From NCBI GenBank assembly GCA_048013815.1, contig CM106586.1:7316001-7380000 (forward strand): DNA of 64,000 nucleotides, given 5' to 3'. A program made the position numbers and the translations under genes. Source of the stretch: Setoptus koraiensis (taxonomy: Eukaryota > Animalia > Arthropoda). The notes under the pieces are model-generated. The model was not told the DNA's origin, searched no databases, and saw only the letters and a program-made list of their open reading frames with translations. This document shows positions 1 to 12,700 of this stretch, in pieces (position 1 is the stretch's first letter; each line of letters opens with the position of its first letter).

Positions 1-2410
1 TGTATCTGTTCTGGTGCAGATGTGCTGGTTGTTGTGGTGCTTGTCACGGGCCTTCGTCCGGCGCCGGTCGGTCTCGACGAGCCCGAAGAGCCCGAAGAGC
101 CGGATGAGCCGGATGAACCGGATGAGCCGGATGAGCCCGACGAGCCCGATGAGCCCGGGCCGGTCGGTCGTCGGCCGCTCGACGACGAGCCGCTTGTGGG
201 TCGCTGCGGTTGCTGGTCGACCTCTTGCTCTTGCTGCTGCTGCGAGCCCGAGTTGTCGCCCAGATCGGACGAGCCCGAGTCGTCGTTGGTCTGCTGTTGC
301 TGCTGCTGCTCAACGGGGCTCTCGGTTGTTGTTGTGGTGGTGCTAGTTGTTGATGGTCGCGACGAGCTGCCCGTCGGTCGGCCACCCGAAGTTGGTCTCG
401 ACGAGCCCGACGAGCCCGATGAGCCCGATGAGCCCGACGAGCTCGAGCCGGTCGGTCGTCGGCCGCCGCTGGGTCGCTGGCCGCCGCTCGATCCAGACAG
501 GCTGGGTCGTCTGGTTGTTGTGCTGGTGGTTGTTGTGGTGGTTGTTGGTCTGGACAGTTCCTGATCTTGATTGAGATCGTTATCGTTTTGTTGTTGTTGG
601 TCGTCGATGTCGCCTCCGTTTTGTTGTTGAACGTCGTCGTCGGCGCCGCCCAATTGTTGCTGACCGCTCACCGGGCCGCTGCTTCCGCCGTTGGCGCTGC
701 TTCCGCTGCTGCCGCCGTTGGTGCCGCTTGCGCCGCTCTGAGTGGGCCGCTGTGCGCCGTTGCCCGAGCTGGGCAATCGTCCGCTAGAGGCGGGCCTCGA
801 CGGGGCGCTCGTGGTCGTGGACACGGGCTCCTCGTCGCCCCCGTTTTGTTGTTGCACATTGTCGCCGCTGCCGGTGTTGTCCTGCTGCGTTTGCTGATTT
901 GCATCAGAGTCGCCGCTGTCGCTGCCGGATCCGCTGTTGTTGCCGCTGTTGTTGGCGGTGTTGCCCGAGTTTTGGTCGGCCGATTGCTCGAACGAGCCAT
1001 TATCGCCGTTGTTTGTTTGTTGTTGGTCGTCGTCGTTGGTCTGTTGCTCTTGCTGCTGAGCGCTGGACGCGGACTCAGTGGTGGTTGTTGTGGTGCTTGG
1101 CGCGTCGCTCGCCGTTGTGGAGCCGCTGTCAGAGTCGCCGTTTTGTTGTTGCTGCTGCTGCTGATCGTCACCTGTCGAACCGGAAGTTGTCTGATTGTTA
1201 TCTGAGCCGCCTGAGCTGTTGTTACCGTTTGATTGTTGTTCTTCGTCGCCGCCGTTCTGCACTTGGCTGTCGTCGCTGCTAATTGGCTGTTGCGAGCTTG
1301 GTGTAGATGTGGTGGTTGTAGTTGTGGTTGTCGTGGATGTTGTTGGACGCTGACCGCTGCCGGCGGCGGCGCCGCTCGACGGTCGCTGCGAGCCGCCCGC
1401 TTGCGGTCTGTTGGAGCTGGGCGAGGGACGCGACGGACGATTGTTTCCATTGTTTGTGCCCTTGCCCGTTAGCGGCCTGGCCGTAGTTGTTGTTGTTGTG
1501 GTTGTTGTTGCTGTTGTGCCAGATGATTGCTCGTCACCGGTATCGGTCAGTTCCGATTGGCCGCCATTATCTTGACCGTCATCTGACTGCTGCTGCTGTT
1601 GCTGTTGTGGTTGTTGCTCGAATTGTGCGCCACCGTCCGATTGGCTTGATGACACCTGCTGCTGCTGAATTGGCTGCTGTTGCTGTTGCGCTCGGGTCTT
1701 GCCGTTGACCGACGGGCTCGCAGACCACAATTGTCTTGGCGCTGGCTGGCTGGCGTCGGGCGCCGCCGCTGCCGCCGAGCGGAAGCCCGAGTTGGGATTT
1801 GTCACTACGACGATCTGTCCGTTGCCGCCCGATGTCACAACGGTGGAACCGCCACCGCCGCCGTTTATTGGCCGACCGTAGCCATTGTTGAAGCCGCCTC
1901 CGTTGATGGGACGGTTTCCGAAGCCGCCGTTTCCGTAGCCGCCGTTGCCGTAGCCGTTTCCGTAACCGGGGCCGTAGCCGTCGCCGTAGCCCGGTCCGTA
2001 TTGTCTGGCGGTCAATTGTGGGCCGGCCGCGGCCGCAGCCGCAGCCGCACCGGAATTGGCACCTTTAGCCGCTTGTTGTCGCGCAACGGGCGACGCAAGC
2101 AACTGACCATTACCGGCGGCGGCGGTCGATTTAGCCGCCTGCAACCTCTTCACCGATCTTGGCGCCGATGTCTTGCCTTGGCTGGTCTCTCGGAGCAATT
2201 GCTGATCGCCAGCGTTGCCTTGAATGTATTCGGCGTTGGCCGACGAGTCGGGTTTAATGCCGTTCTCGTTAGAGTTTATCCTGGCCCGGTAACCGTCCTT
2301 GTCGGCGATGTAGTCAACGCGGCGCATGTCGCCGTTGTCGCCCTGGATCATGTAAAAGCCCGTGACGCGTCCGCTGGCGTCGCCCTTCTCCTGGCGGCGC
2401 GAGGATCCGC
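1..2410 (-). CDS. Cuticle protein, last visible exon: C-terminal part of an R&R (Chitin_bind_4) domain followed by a long G/S/T/Q/N low-complexity resilin-like tail; open to the window edge
   Basis: Manual minus-strand translation after acceptor ...gtcgccag| (AG at 2412-2411) gives GSSRRQEKGDASGRVTGFYMIQGDNGDMRRVDYIADKDGYRARINSNE, which fits the R&R consensus. It is followed by YGPGYGDGYGPGYGNG, T-runs, Q-runs and SSG/GGRPT repeats, with no stop down to position 1. It is missing from the ORF track, probably because it has no stop inside the window. Confidence 0.9.
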
Positions 2411-3335
2411 CTGGCGACGCGCAAATATACGTGAGAATATGATGTGATGTCGTGTTATGCAAATTCCGGTAGACGGGCGCGCAGTAGGGATGGTAGGGGT
2501 AGCCCGGTGACGGGTTGGCGGGATAACGGGTTGACGGGGTAGCGGGGTAGCGTGATAGGGGTGACGGGAGACGGTGAGGGGTGGATGCAAGGTCGATTAG
2601 TCGATTAGTTGGCTCGATCAGTCATTCGGTCGATCAGACAATTATCAGCGTGCGCAACTGGCCAATTGGCGGCCATTCAGTAATCGGCGCGCCGACACGC
2701 GGCCGCATGCTTCCGACCATCGCGGGTATCCGCGACTTCCGGTCAGCGTTGGCCGCCCGTCGCCGGTCAGTGTGCGCCGGACCCGATCGCTCGAATTGAG
2801 CGGCTCGATTGAGCGACCGGGCTGTGCGCGGACCCATCAGATTGCTAGAGCGCGCATCGGACGTCCGCGGTCGCTCGGATCGGAATGAATTTTAATTTGG
2901 AATTTTGTTTTGGAATTAATTTCGGTTCGATGTTTCGTCGAACGGGAATTAATTTTGAATCATTCTCAGCCGGTGCCGATCTCGTGAGCCCGATTCAATC
3001 CGGAACATGCGCTCAATTTGAAATCGATGCGGCCAATTAGACAGTTTGACGCGGCGACATGCGGCCAACAGACTCTGTCAAACAGAGACAGCGATTGTCG
3101 TCGAGCAAGCCAGTCGAGCAAACAAACGGACACTTGCTCATTAGCTCGAGCTGTCGCAGGCCGCTGCTCGCCGCAAACAACAAGTGGCAACAAGTGTGAC
3201 CAGTTAATTGATTTACTTGTTGCGTAAGTTGGCTTGGCCGCACTGGCTTGCCAACTTGCGAATAACTTAACGGTGTCGCCGGCCGCAAGCTGATGACTCA
3301 CGAGTGACTGGTGAGTGAATGGTCATCGCACTTAC

Positions 3336-3492
3336 CTTTGGCCTCGGCCGAGTAACTGAACGAGTACGGCTCTGACTTTCCATTTTGTTGTCCTCCTTCC
3401 GGATTGGTGTTCAATTGAATAGCGCCGGCCACTATTGCGACTAGCATCAATTGGGTAGCTAGTGTGGCACAGGTGAATACCTTTGCCTTGTG
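3336..3492 (-). CDS. Upstream exon of the same cuticle protein: signal-peptide core and start of the R&R domain
   Basis: Acceptor ctgacag| at 3493 and donor |gtaagt at 3335. The 157-nt exon reads HKAKVFTCATLATQLMLVAIVAGAIQLNTNPEGGQQNGKSEPYSFSYSAEAK(G). It ends in phase 1, matching the phase-1 start of the 2410 exon, and PYSFSY is the typical start of an R&R domain. The initiating exon is not resolved. Confidence 0.8.
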
Positions 3493-4392
3493 CTGTCAGT
3501 GTTACCAGTGAGTTAGTGTTAGCAGCGAGTTAGTGTTAGCAGCGAGTTAGTGGGTGATTGCGCGATTGGCCAACCGATTGTCATGTGCGTTGTCGTTGTT
3601 GTTGTTGTTGTTGTTGTTAATATCCATATATAACATACGTATTATATAATATAAAATTTATATTATACAATACGTAATAGGAGACGAGAGACGGCCGACG
3701 GGTGATTTAGTGACGGCCCAAGTGACGACAAACGGACAAACGGATTCAAGTTGGCAGCAAGTTGGCAGCGTCAAACGGGCGTCCAGTGAGCGGCGGCGGC
3801 GGCATAATGAGCGTCAGGTTTAGGCGAGAGCGGTTGTTGGTTGGTTGTTGGTCGGTTGTTGTGGCAGTGTCCGTTATGGGAGGCAGGATAGGTCAGAAGA
3901 ATAATTTAATTAATCATTAATTACTATTTAATACTATCGCATGGTCGCTTTGGCTGACGAATGGCCGCTGTGGCGACGGCCGCAAGCGGCCATCTCGTAC
4001 GCACAGTTAGCACAGTTGTTACGCCAGCGGTTTGTTTTGTTTTGTTTTGATCTGCTCTCTCTCTCTCTTTGGTTTGCTCTGCTCACTCTTTCTCTCTGGC
4101 AAGACCGTTCTATCAAGACAGTTCTGTCGAGACCGTTCTGTCGAGACCGTTCCGTCGAGACCGGCCGCTGGCTGGCCGAGCGGCGAGCGGGTCTTGCCAG
4201 AATGATCAGACACGGCCAGCGACAGCAAAAGCGACCGCCATATAGAGAGCGGGCAAGGCTACGAGAGAGCCTTGTCGCAAGCAACGAAATTGAATTAAAT
4301 TGATTCACATTGATGCTCGATTTGGCTCGAGAGCCAGAATGACACACCGCAGACCGGCTTACAGACCCGCCACTACGGACAGACCGGCCATT

Positions 4393-4443
4393 TGCGGACG
4401 GAGCGGCAACTGCGGACGGAGCGGCAACTGCGGACGGAGCGGC
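4393..4443. repeat. 18-bp tandem repeat (tgcggacggagcggcaac), about 2.8 copies
   Basis: Read directly from the sequence. Confidence 0.95.
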
Positions 4444-5371
4444 TCGAAGTGAGCGGCTGCAAGTGCGCGACCAAAGTGCCGCTCCAAGGGCCACAAATCA
4501 TTGGGTGGTTGCCATGAGTTGACTTGACATTATCAAGCTGATAATTATGCCAATGATGAGTCTTGTCACAAGACCGCAAGTTGGCGCAACCGTAGCGACG
4601 GGCCGCTTACCCGTCAGCTGTCAGCCGATATCATGTTGTGCGTATGTTGATGCTCATTTGTTCACTTTGGCGCTTCGTTTTGTCGCTAACTGGCGCCCGT
4701 TAGCGACACCAGCAGCAACAGGTGAACAGAGTGCTCACAACAGAGAGAGCAGTTCGTCAAGGTGAGGCCAGTGCAGCCTTGCGCTGTCAGCTCTGTTCGC
4801 TGGCTCGGTGTTCGGTCTGTTCGCTGGCTCGGTCGCCGGCTCGGCCGCTGGCTGGCGAGGCGACGCGCAATCAATCATAACCTATGGCCCGCTACAACCA
4901 GCTACAACTAACTATGACTGTCGAAACCGCGGCTGGCGAGCCAGCCAGCCACAGCCAGTCGCTTACGGGTGACGCTCACAGGTAGCCTGTCACGGGGTCG
5001 CGGGTAGCCGGTCGCGGTGCCGGTTGCGGGTAGCAGGGTACGGCCAGGTGAGCTCAGTGGCGGGTGGCTGTCGGTCATTACGAGCGAGACGCTGTCGTCT
5101 GGGCAGCTCAACCCTTTGTGTCCTTTGCGCAAATTAGGCCGGCATTTAGTGGCTGTCGTTGTTTGTGCGCCTCGGGCTGGTCGCCGTTGCCCGACACACA
5201 CATGCCGACCACACGATATCTTGACACATCTCGACATGTCAGACGCTGCCATCGGAGATTCACGCTCCAAGTTGGCACACGGAGGCGCCAAAAGAAGCGC
5301 CAAACAGGCTTCTGTTGTCTCGAGATTGCGCACTGACACTGGCCAGTCTGACAGTGGCTAATCTGACAGTG

Positions 5372-5410
5372 GCTAATCTGACAGCCAGATTAGCTGGCTG
5401 TCAGATTAGC
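5372..5410. repeat. Perfect inverted repeat, 17-bp arms, 5-nt loop
   Basis: gctaatctgacagccag-attag-ctggctgtcagattagc. Confidence 0.95.
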
Positions 5411-7033
5411 TCAGGTGTCAAACAGCAACACATGCACGCAATCTAATCTAATCTTGGCTCGTTGTCGACTCGTCGAGTCTCACAACGTCGTTGTCAGCGA
5501 CCAGCTAGGCGCTCACTGGTCGCCGGTTGCCGGTTGCTGGTTGCGTGCCACAAGCAATATGCAAACAATTGCTCGCGAATAGCTCGCCGTTCGTTCGTTT
5601 GTTTGTTTGTTTTCGTTGCTGGCTAACTGGTTCGTGGCACGCCATTTGTGGTCTGCGATGCGTCATGCGCGATTGCCAAGCCAGCCAGCGCCACTCACAA
5701 TTGTGAGCCGGCCAATCAAACTCGCGCTTGCCGTTGCAACGGTAGCACCTGTTGCTTCCGTGTCCGAGCTCCATGTGTCACTAGAGTTGCGTCACATCTC
5801 TGGCGGCTCTGGCCGCTTTGGCGGCGAGCTGCGTGTGTCGCCAGAGCCGCCAGAGTTGCGTGGCCAGAGGTGGCGCCTCTTGTGGCGAGAGGCGCCAACT
5901 CTGACAGGGGGCGCGACACGCAGTGCCAGTGCTGCCAGCGTCAGCTGGCTTTCACATTGTCAGCCCGACAATCAGCTGAGTGTGGCAATCAGCTGACAAC
6001 TGTGAGTGGCCAGCTGACGCTGACAACTCGGCTCTGGCTCACGAGGCCACCGACCGGCCACCAATCGGCTAAAACCAGCAGCTAAAAGCGGCAGCTAAAA
6101 CAACTAAAACAATTTGCTTTACAAGTCGGTCGACATTGAATGGCCGTGACACGATATTGACGTAATTGGCGATTGTCGGCCAACACGCGACCATTGGGCA
6201 TCGTTAATCACACTTTTTCTCTGATCGCTTGTGTCGTCCGGCCATCGGTCAGTAGCGGCGCGTCATTAACGCCGTGCGATTAACACGATGCCATTGTGCT
6301 CATCGTGCCGACACTGGCCAGTCGGTGTTGTCGCCGTTCGATATTCACGAGTCTGGCCGTTTATTCAGTCTGACCGTTTATTCAGTTTGACAGTAGATTC
6401 AGTCTGACAGCTGGTTCAGTCTGACAGTTGAATGGATGTGAGCGAATGTCAATGCCGAACCGCGATTGACTGCCGCTTCTCAGGCCAATTCGCGGGCCAA
6501 GTCCGACGGGCCGGCTCTCTCGATCCCGTGCCACGCGGCTCCACGCGGCACGGGCAGCGTCGTGTGTGTGCCCGCACTCGACGCCACTCGCCGTCTAATC
6601 GTGGACGCTCAATTGTCCGTGGGGCTCCAGCCGAGCGGACTGTGTGCGGATATTTTCGGCACAGCTTCTGTCGCGCGTATTTGCGACACAGCTTCTATTG
6701 CGCGCATTTGCGGCCGTGCAAGGCGCTAGCTGATCCGCGCGCCGTCCGCAACCGCAGAGGCTCGCGGAGCCACGGGCCGGCCCGAGCCGAGTGCGCATTC
6801 AGATAATGACGCGCAAATTTAGATAATCACACATTTGGATAATCGCTCATTTAGATCATCGCGGGCTCGTCAGGGCCGCGGCCGGCCGACGGCGCGAGCA
6901 ACAGGTAACAGGAAAATAATGGTTTGTCGCTCTGTCTTGGCCGCCCGATCTTGGCCGCCCGATCTCGGCTGCCGTTGAGTGTCGCTAATGGCGCTCGGCC
7001 AGCTTATCTGGCGGCTCGTCTGGCCCGCCGGCG

Positions 7034-7119
7034 ACGCCAGCAATGGCACTACCTGTGCCCACAACGCCAGCAATGGCACTACCTGTGCCGACAACGCCAA
7101 CAATGGCACTACCTGTGCC
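7034..7119. repeat. 30-bp tandem repeat, about 2.9 copies
   Basis: Unit acgccagcaatggcactacctgtgcc(c/g)aca. Confidence 0.95.
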
Positions 7120-7513
7120 ATTGACGAGCGCTGTCGGCAACGGCGACACCTCTGTCTGTGAGACGATCCGCTGGCTGGCTGGCTCGGCGCTGGAACGGGC
7201 CGGCGGGCGAGCGCGGCCGGCCACTCGAGCGCCACTTGACCACAATGGCAACGGCGTGCATCCGCTGTAGCGAGAATGATTGACATTGAGCGAGCGCTCG
7301 CCATTATCCGCACCGCATTGTACTACGGTTAGTGCAGGCCGCGCCGTACGGGCCGCGTTGTACGGGCCGCGCTGAGCAGGCCCGTCGCACCGCCAGCGAC
7401 AAGCGACCGCCGACTGGCTGGCGCGCACTCGGTGGCAAGACCTTGAATCGGGCTCACGCTCGGCCCGCTATTCAGAGCGATTCCGTTCGGCTATTTTGGT
7501 CGGCCGTTCGGCT

Positions 7514-7770
7514 GGCTCGATACGTCGGCTCGACACGTCGGCTCGACACGTCGGCTCGATACGTCGGCTCGATACATTTCGCACTCGATTTCGGCACTCG
7601 ATTTTCACGCTCGATCTTGGCACTCGATTTCGGCACTCGATTTTGACACTCGATTTTGGCACTCGCCGGGCGCGATTTGGCAAACTCGCGCGCTCGCCAG
7701 CTCGACCGGCCTGTGCAAACTTTGCATTGCAAACTTCGCATTGCAAACTTCGCATTGCAAACTCTGCATT
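7514..7770. repeat. 13-bp-period tandem array with a CTCGA core, followed by a 14-bp array (aaactt(t/c)gcattgc, 4 copies)
   Basis: ggctcga(t/c)acgtc x5 grading into gcactcgatttcg-like units, then the 14-mer array at about 7717-7770. Confidence 0.9.
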
Positions 7771-9655
7771 GCGAAGTGTCTTCCGACGGTCGAGTGGCGT
7801 CGCGACCCGCCAGAAAACAGCGCCACTCGCGAGCGCAACACTTGTACCAAAGTCGAGTGACACGGGCCGAGCGGCGTAATTGCGAGCGCCAATCGACCGT
7901 CGAATCGGATCAAATCGATTGGCACTCGAGCCCGCGATCGGAGCGCTCAATTTGCGGCCGCCAACAGTGCGGCTATTCCAGGCTCGGCTGTTCCCGCTCG
8001 GGCGCCCGGGCCTGAAATAGGCAAACGGTCGACGGGCGAGCGCGCTGTTTTGTCTGGGCAGCCACTCGCGACGAGCGCAACAATGGTCGGGCGCTCCGGC
8101 CGGCCCGTCCGCCGCTCGTCGCCGTCTGACCGCGCAGGCCCGCTGACTCGACGAGCGGCGGTCGGGCCAATGTTCGCCTGTGTCAGTTTCGTGCGATCGA
8201 GTGACAAATGTCGATCACGAGTTCGAGTGCCGGCCGGCGGGTGTCGGCGTTGCGCAATCGCTTGCGCAGCTTGAGTCCAATCGATTGGCCGATATCGATT
8301 GGCCGAGATCGATGGCGCGAAAACAATGAGAGCGTGACCGCGTCATCGATCGATCGCGGGGGCGCGTTGCGTCACAACGCCGCCGATGGGGCATGCAAAT
8401 TATTTGCAGCGGATACTCACCATTGTGTGTGTGTGTGTGTTGTTGTGCTTGATTTCGATTGAGTGCTTCGATTTACTCGATCGCAGCGGTCACTGTTTGC
8501 ACTGTTGGGTGCGATATCGGTTGTGTGTGATATCGGTTGTGTGATCAATTCACGTTCGGATGGGCGTATGGGTACGGTGTTCAAATTGACATAAATTGGC
8601 GATACGAGGAGACAAACGGAGACGGATGAAGAAGTGGACAGGTGAGTGTGAATGTCAACTTGGTCAAACTTGCGCAGGTAAATCGCTGGTCGATTACTGA
8701 CCGATTGTCGGCTGATGCGCGGCGTCCGCTGACGATTGATGCTAACTAACTAACTGATCGGTCTGTAATTAACTCAGGTGTAATTGGCGATAGATGCTTG
8801 ACGATGGCGAATTTAAATAACTGCACTAGTGCTGAAATATCAATGAAATTGTCTACTGCGACTGGACAGTTGACGCTGTGTAATAGCGGATAGGAATGGA
8901 ACACTTTTGAGCGAAAGTGTTCGTTGCTCGTCAAGTGTCTAAACTGCAACTGAAGCGTCCGCTCTCGTGCTGTGCCGAATTTATAATTCGCGGCGATAAA
9001 GTTCGGCTCGCGAAGGCCCGATCCGGTCGCCAACCAACCGGCCGCTCACCGGCCGCCAGTGAGTCGCTGAAATGGGTGCCCGCGCGACCGGGCCGGGCCG
9101 GCGACCGACGCCGTCGGCTTACCGATACCGTCAACTTACCGATACCGTCGGCTTGCGGCGGGCGCACATTATTCGCGGGAGTTTACAAGGCAATCGCGCG
9201 CAGTTTGGGCAATCTCGCGCAGTGTGGGCAATCTCAATCGCAATCTTATCGCGATAATTGTGCCCGACAATCGCGCACATTATCGGCGTGAGCGCGCTCA
9301 ATTGTTAGCGCCAGTCGCTCGCCAACTGGCCAACGTAAGCCGTGCCATATATAATAGGCGCCATACATAATAGATATAAAGCCATCGTTTGTGTCATCCC
9401 ATTATCGCCCCCCTTTCCCGCCCATCCGCTGGCACAAACTTTGCGCCGACAGTGTGCCGACCGTATGCCGACCATGTGCCAACAATGCGCAATGCGATTG
9501 GCGTTGGTGGGGCGCACACTGAGCCCCGCGCTCAACTCGTGCCAGCCAGCCACAGGTGAGTGGCCGACGAACGAGCCTGACAATTGTGAGCTTGTGAGAC
9601 AGAGCCGGCACAGAGCCGGCGCACAGCCAAGACGGCGAGCTCGGCGAGGGCGGAG

Positions 9656-9711
9656 CCGACTCACCTGTGCCGACTCACCTGTGCCGACTCACCTGTCCCG
9701 ACTCACCTGTG
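9656..9711. repeat. 14-bp tandem repeat (ccgactcacctgtg), 4 copies
   Basis: Read directly; each unit reads CAG|GTGAGT on the minus strand. Confidence 0.95.
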
Positions 9712-12700
9712 AGCCGCACTGAGCCGGCGGCCGGCTCGCGGGTGTCACTTGAGCGCGCGCGGGCCGGCTCAACTGGCACCGGCGCGTAGGTGTTGTTTGC
9801 ATAGTGGCTACTGTCGGCCGGCGAGCGACCACTTTTGCTGGCGGCCAGCTCGCACGGCCTCACAAGCTCGCCCGCCGATTCTTTCGATTCTCGGCCGGTT
9901 CGCAGCCGGTTCGCAGCCGATTCTCTGGCGGTTCTCGGCCGATTGGTCGCAGCATCGCAAACGTAAATGTATGTGGTGCGATATTGCCGCCGCTGCACCT
10001 GGCGACACCAACGCAAACAGTGGCGGCGACATTTTCGTTTTTGACAACTTCATTTTCGCATCCGCATCCAACTCGCACGGTCGACGTGACCGATCAGACC
10101 GACGCCGGGCGTTGTGACGCCAGCCGAACCGCGCCAGCCGAACCGCGCCAGCCGAAACTGAACTGGTCAACAGCTGATCGTGACAGCAGTGGACAGGTTG
10201 ACAGGTGCATTTGGCCGGCCCGACGAGCGATCAATCAGCTGGGCGCATCATGCGGCGAGGGGCTCGCAAGTTGCGGCTCACAACAAACCGCGCGGCCACT
10301 ATGCCGACGGTGACAGCGCCAACCGGCGGTGACAGCGGCAACCGGCGGCATCGCACTGCGTAATGGCAATTAATAGGCGGCGTTGCACGGCCGGCCCTTT
10401 AATTACCAAACTTTAATTACCGACACTCGATAAACGCAAATTGAGACGACGCTTGTATCAATATGAATTTTTAATTATCGCACAAGCGACACACAAGCGG
10501 CTCACGACGCAGGCGATAATGGCCGTGGCGCGCAATTATCAAGGTTTAATGGATCGCTATTCATGATTCATTCATGAATAGCCGTCGATAGAACAGGCCG
10601 TCGGGCTGCTCTATCAACGTCAACGGCCAGTGACGATCGCTGCTCGTGAAATTCACGCCGCGAATGCTGAGCCACCCATCGGCATCGTTCAATCATGAGA
10701 TTCACTAGATTCATTGGATTCATTGGATTCATTGGATTCGTTTGATTCATTAGATTCGTTTGATTCATTGGTCGGCCGCTTGGCTCGCCAAGCGTTTGAC
10801 CTTTGGCTGACGAAGGCTCTGGCTCACTGATTGGCCGCTCGGCCGCATTGTCGCGTCTTCATTGTGGTGCCGTCGTTGGCCGTGACACAACAGCGACGCC
10901 CGTGACACAACAACGACGCCCGTGCTCTTTACCTGAGCTCAGTTGGCCTTGCAAGACTCACTAGCTGACAAGTGGCTTGTCGGTGTCCATCGGCGAGCGC
11001 CCTCTGGCCGACTCTGTACAGAGTTCTCAGAGTCACGTTGACAGTGTCGGCTCGATTTGGCCGGCGCGCTTGATACTTGGTCAACAATCGCTCTGTCAAG
11101 CAACGCACGGCAACAGTGATGACGCAACACTGAGAGCACTGACTGACACTAACGCATTGTGACGCAATTTGCAACTTGCAATTTGTCACTTGCAATTTGT
11201 CACTGGGCTTGGCCATTGGCGACTGGCCACTGGCCACTGGCAAATCAAGCAAATCGTTCATCTCATTTGAACCCATTTCAATTGATGCACCCTCTACCGT
11301 GCACCATCCATCCAAATATCTAGCGTGTGTGTGTGTGTCTCGGCAAACAAATCGCAAATGTGAGCAATGTGCATTCGTGCAGCAAGACGCGAATAAATCA
11401 TACGCATGCAATGATGACGCAATGATAACTCGTGAGTTATGACTGTTGTGTGCCGGTCAACAACAGTCAGTGCAGCAAGCGACGACAAGCGATTTGACAG
11501 CACCAATTATACAATTAAACGCTGGCATATCTCGTTTCGTCGTTAATTATAACTCGAGCGCTCGTGTTTCCTCCAGCCAGCACTGGCATGTACACCACTG
11601 GCTGGACACACACTGGCTGGACACACACTGGCATGCACACAATTAATTAATTGGACCAACTCTCCACTCGCCAGTGCCAAGCGAACTCGAGCGAGCCGCA
11701 CAAAGGCCGCCCAATGGAACAGGTGATCTGTTACGATTATCACGTCTGTTTGTTTGTCTGTGCGCTTGTTTGTTTGCTTATTTGTTTGCTTATTTGTTTG
11801 TTTGTTTGCTGGTTTGTCGCTGGTTTGTCGCTCGTAATAGCGCCTAATAGCCTGTGATGGCCGGTTGACTGGCAGTGTCGCAACGGCACAATATGCGCAA
11901 CACACACACACACACGTACGACACCTGTCCGTTGTCCGACAACAACAGTCATTACGTAACAGCTATTATACGTAACGGCTATTATTGACTGACCCTTGAT
12001 GGTCTGACAATTGCAGTCACTGTATAGCGATACAGTACAGACTGTTTGTGAATGCGATACAGCACAGACTGTTTGCGAATGGTGCTGGTCGTCGTGGCCT
12101 GTTAATAACAATAAACGGGCAACTAATTACGACCAGCCAGACAATGCTCACCAATACGATAATATATTCCATTGTCGATTGGCGGTGATTTACAGGTCGC
12201 ACGCACACTGCCATCTTGGCAGTGTGATGGTCGCTATTAGTGTTGTGTGTGTTTGTATTCCGACACAACAATACACACGCTGTATTGCTGTTGTTGTCTG
12301 TGTTGGGCTCCATTGCAGAGCGCATTACAGAACGTATTACATAACCTAGGCGAGAACGTATGAGAGAACGTATTACATAACGTATTGCGTGTCGTACGAG
12401 AGAACGGCCAGGGAACGGCGCCGGCAACAAGTGCGCAAACGCTTGCCATGCGCACACTAACCGTGACACTGTCGGGCCGGCTTTTCGCACTTTTCGCGTA
12501 CGCGTCGAGCCGCGTTACATAATGGGCAATAAACAGACAACAATTAAACAATTAGTATTGATGCCTTTCCAATGATCGGCAAACGTCTCAATTCTGTCGA
12601 TGCATCGTCTCTGTCGATGCATCGTCTCAGCTAATCCATCGCTCGCGAGCTGGCGAGCTCACCTGAGTCAGCCTGTTGGCCGACTGTTGCAGTCGGCTGC

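Noticed and set aside
14-2447. Long plus-strand and alternate-frame ORFs (22-564, 567-1205, 668-1450, 1680-2447)
   Set aside because: They are shadow frames of the low-complexity cuticle-protein exon, whose true frame carries the R&R domain and splice signals.
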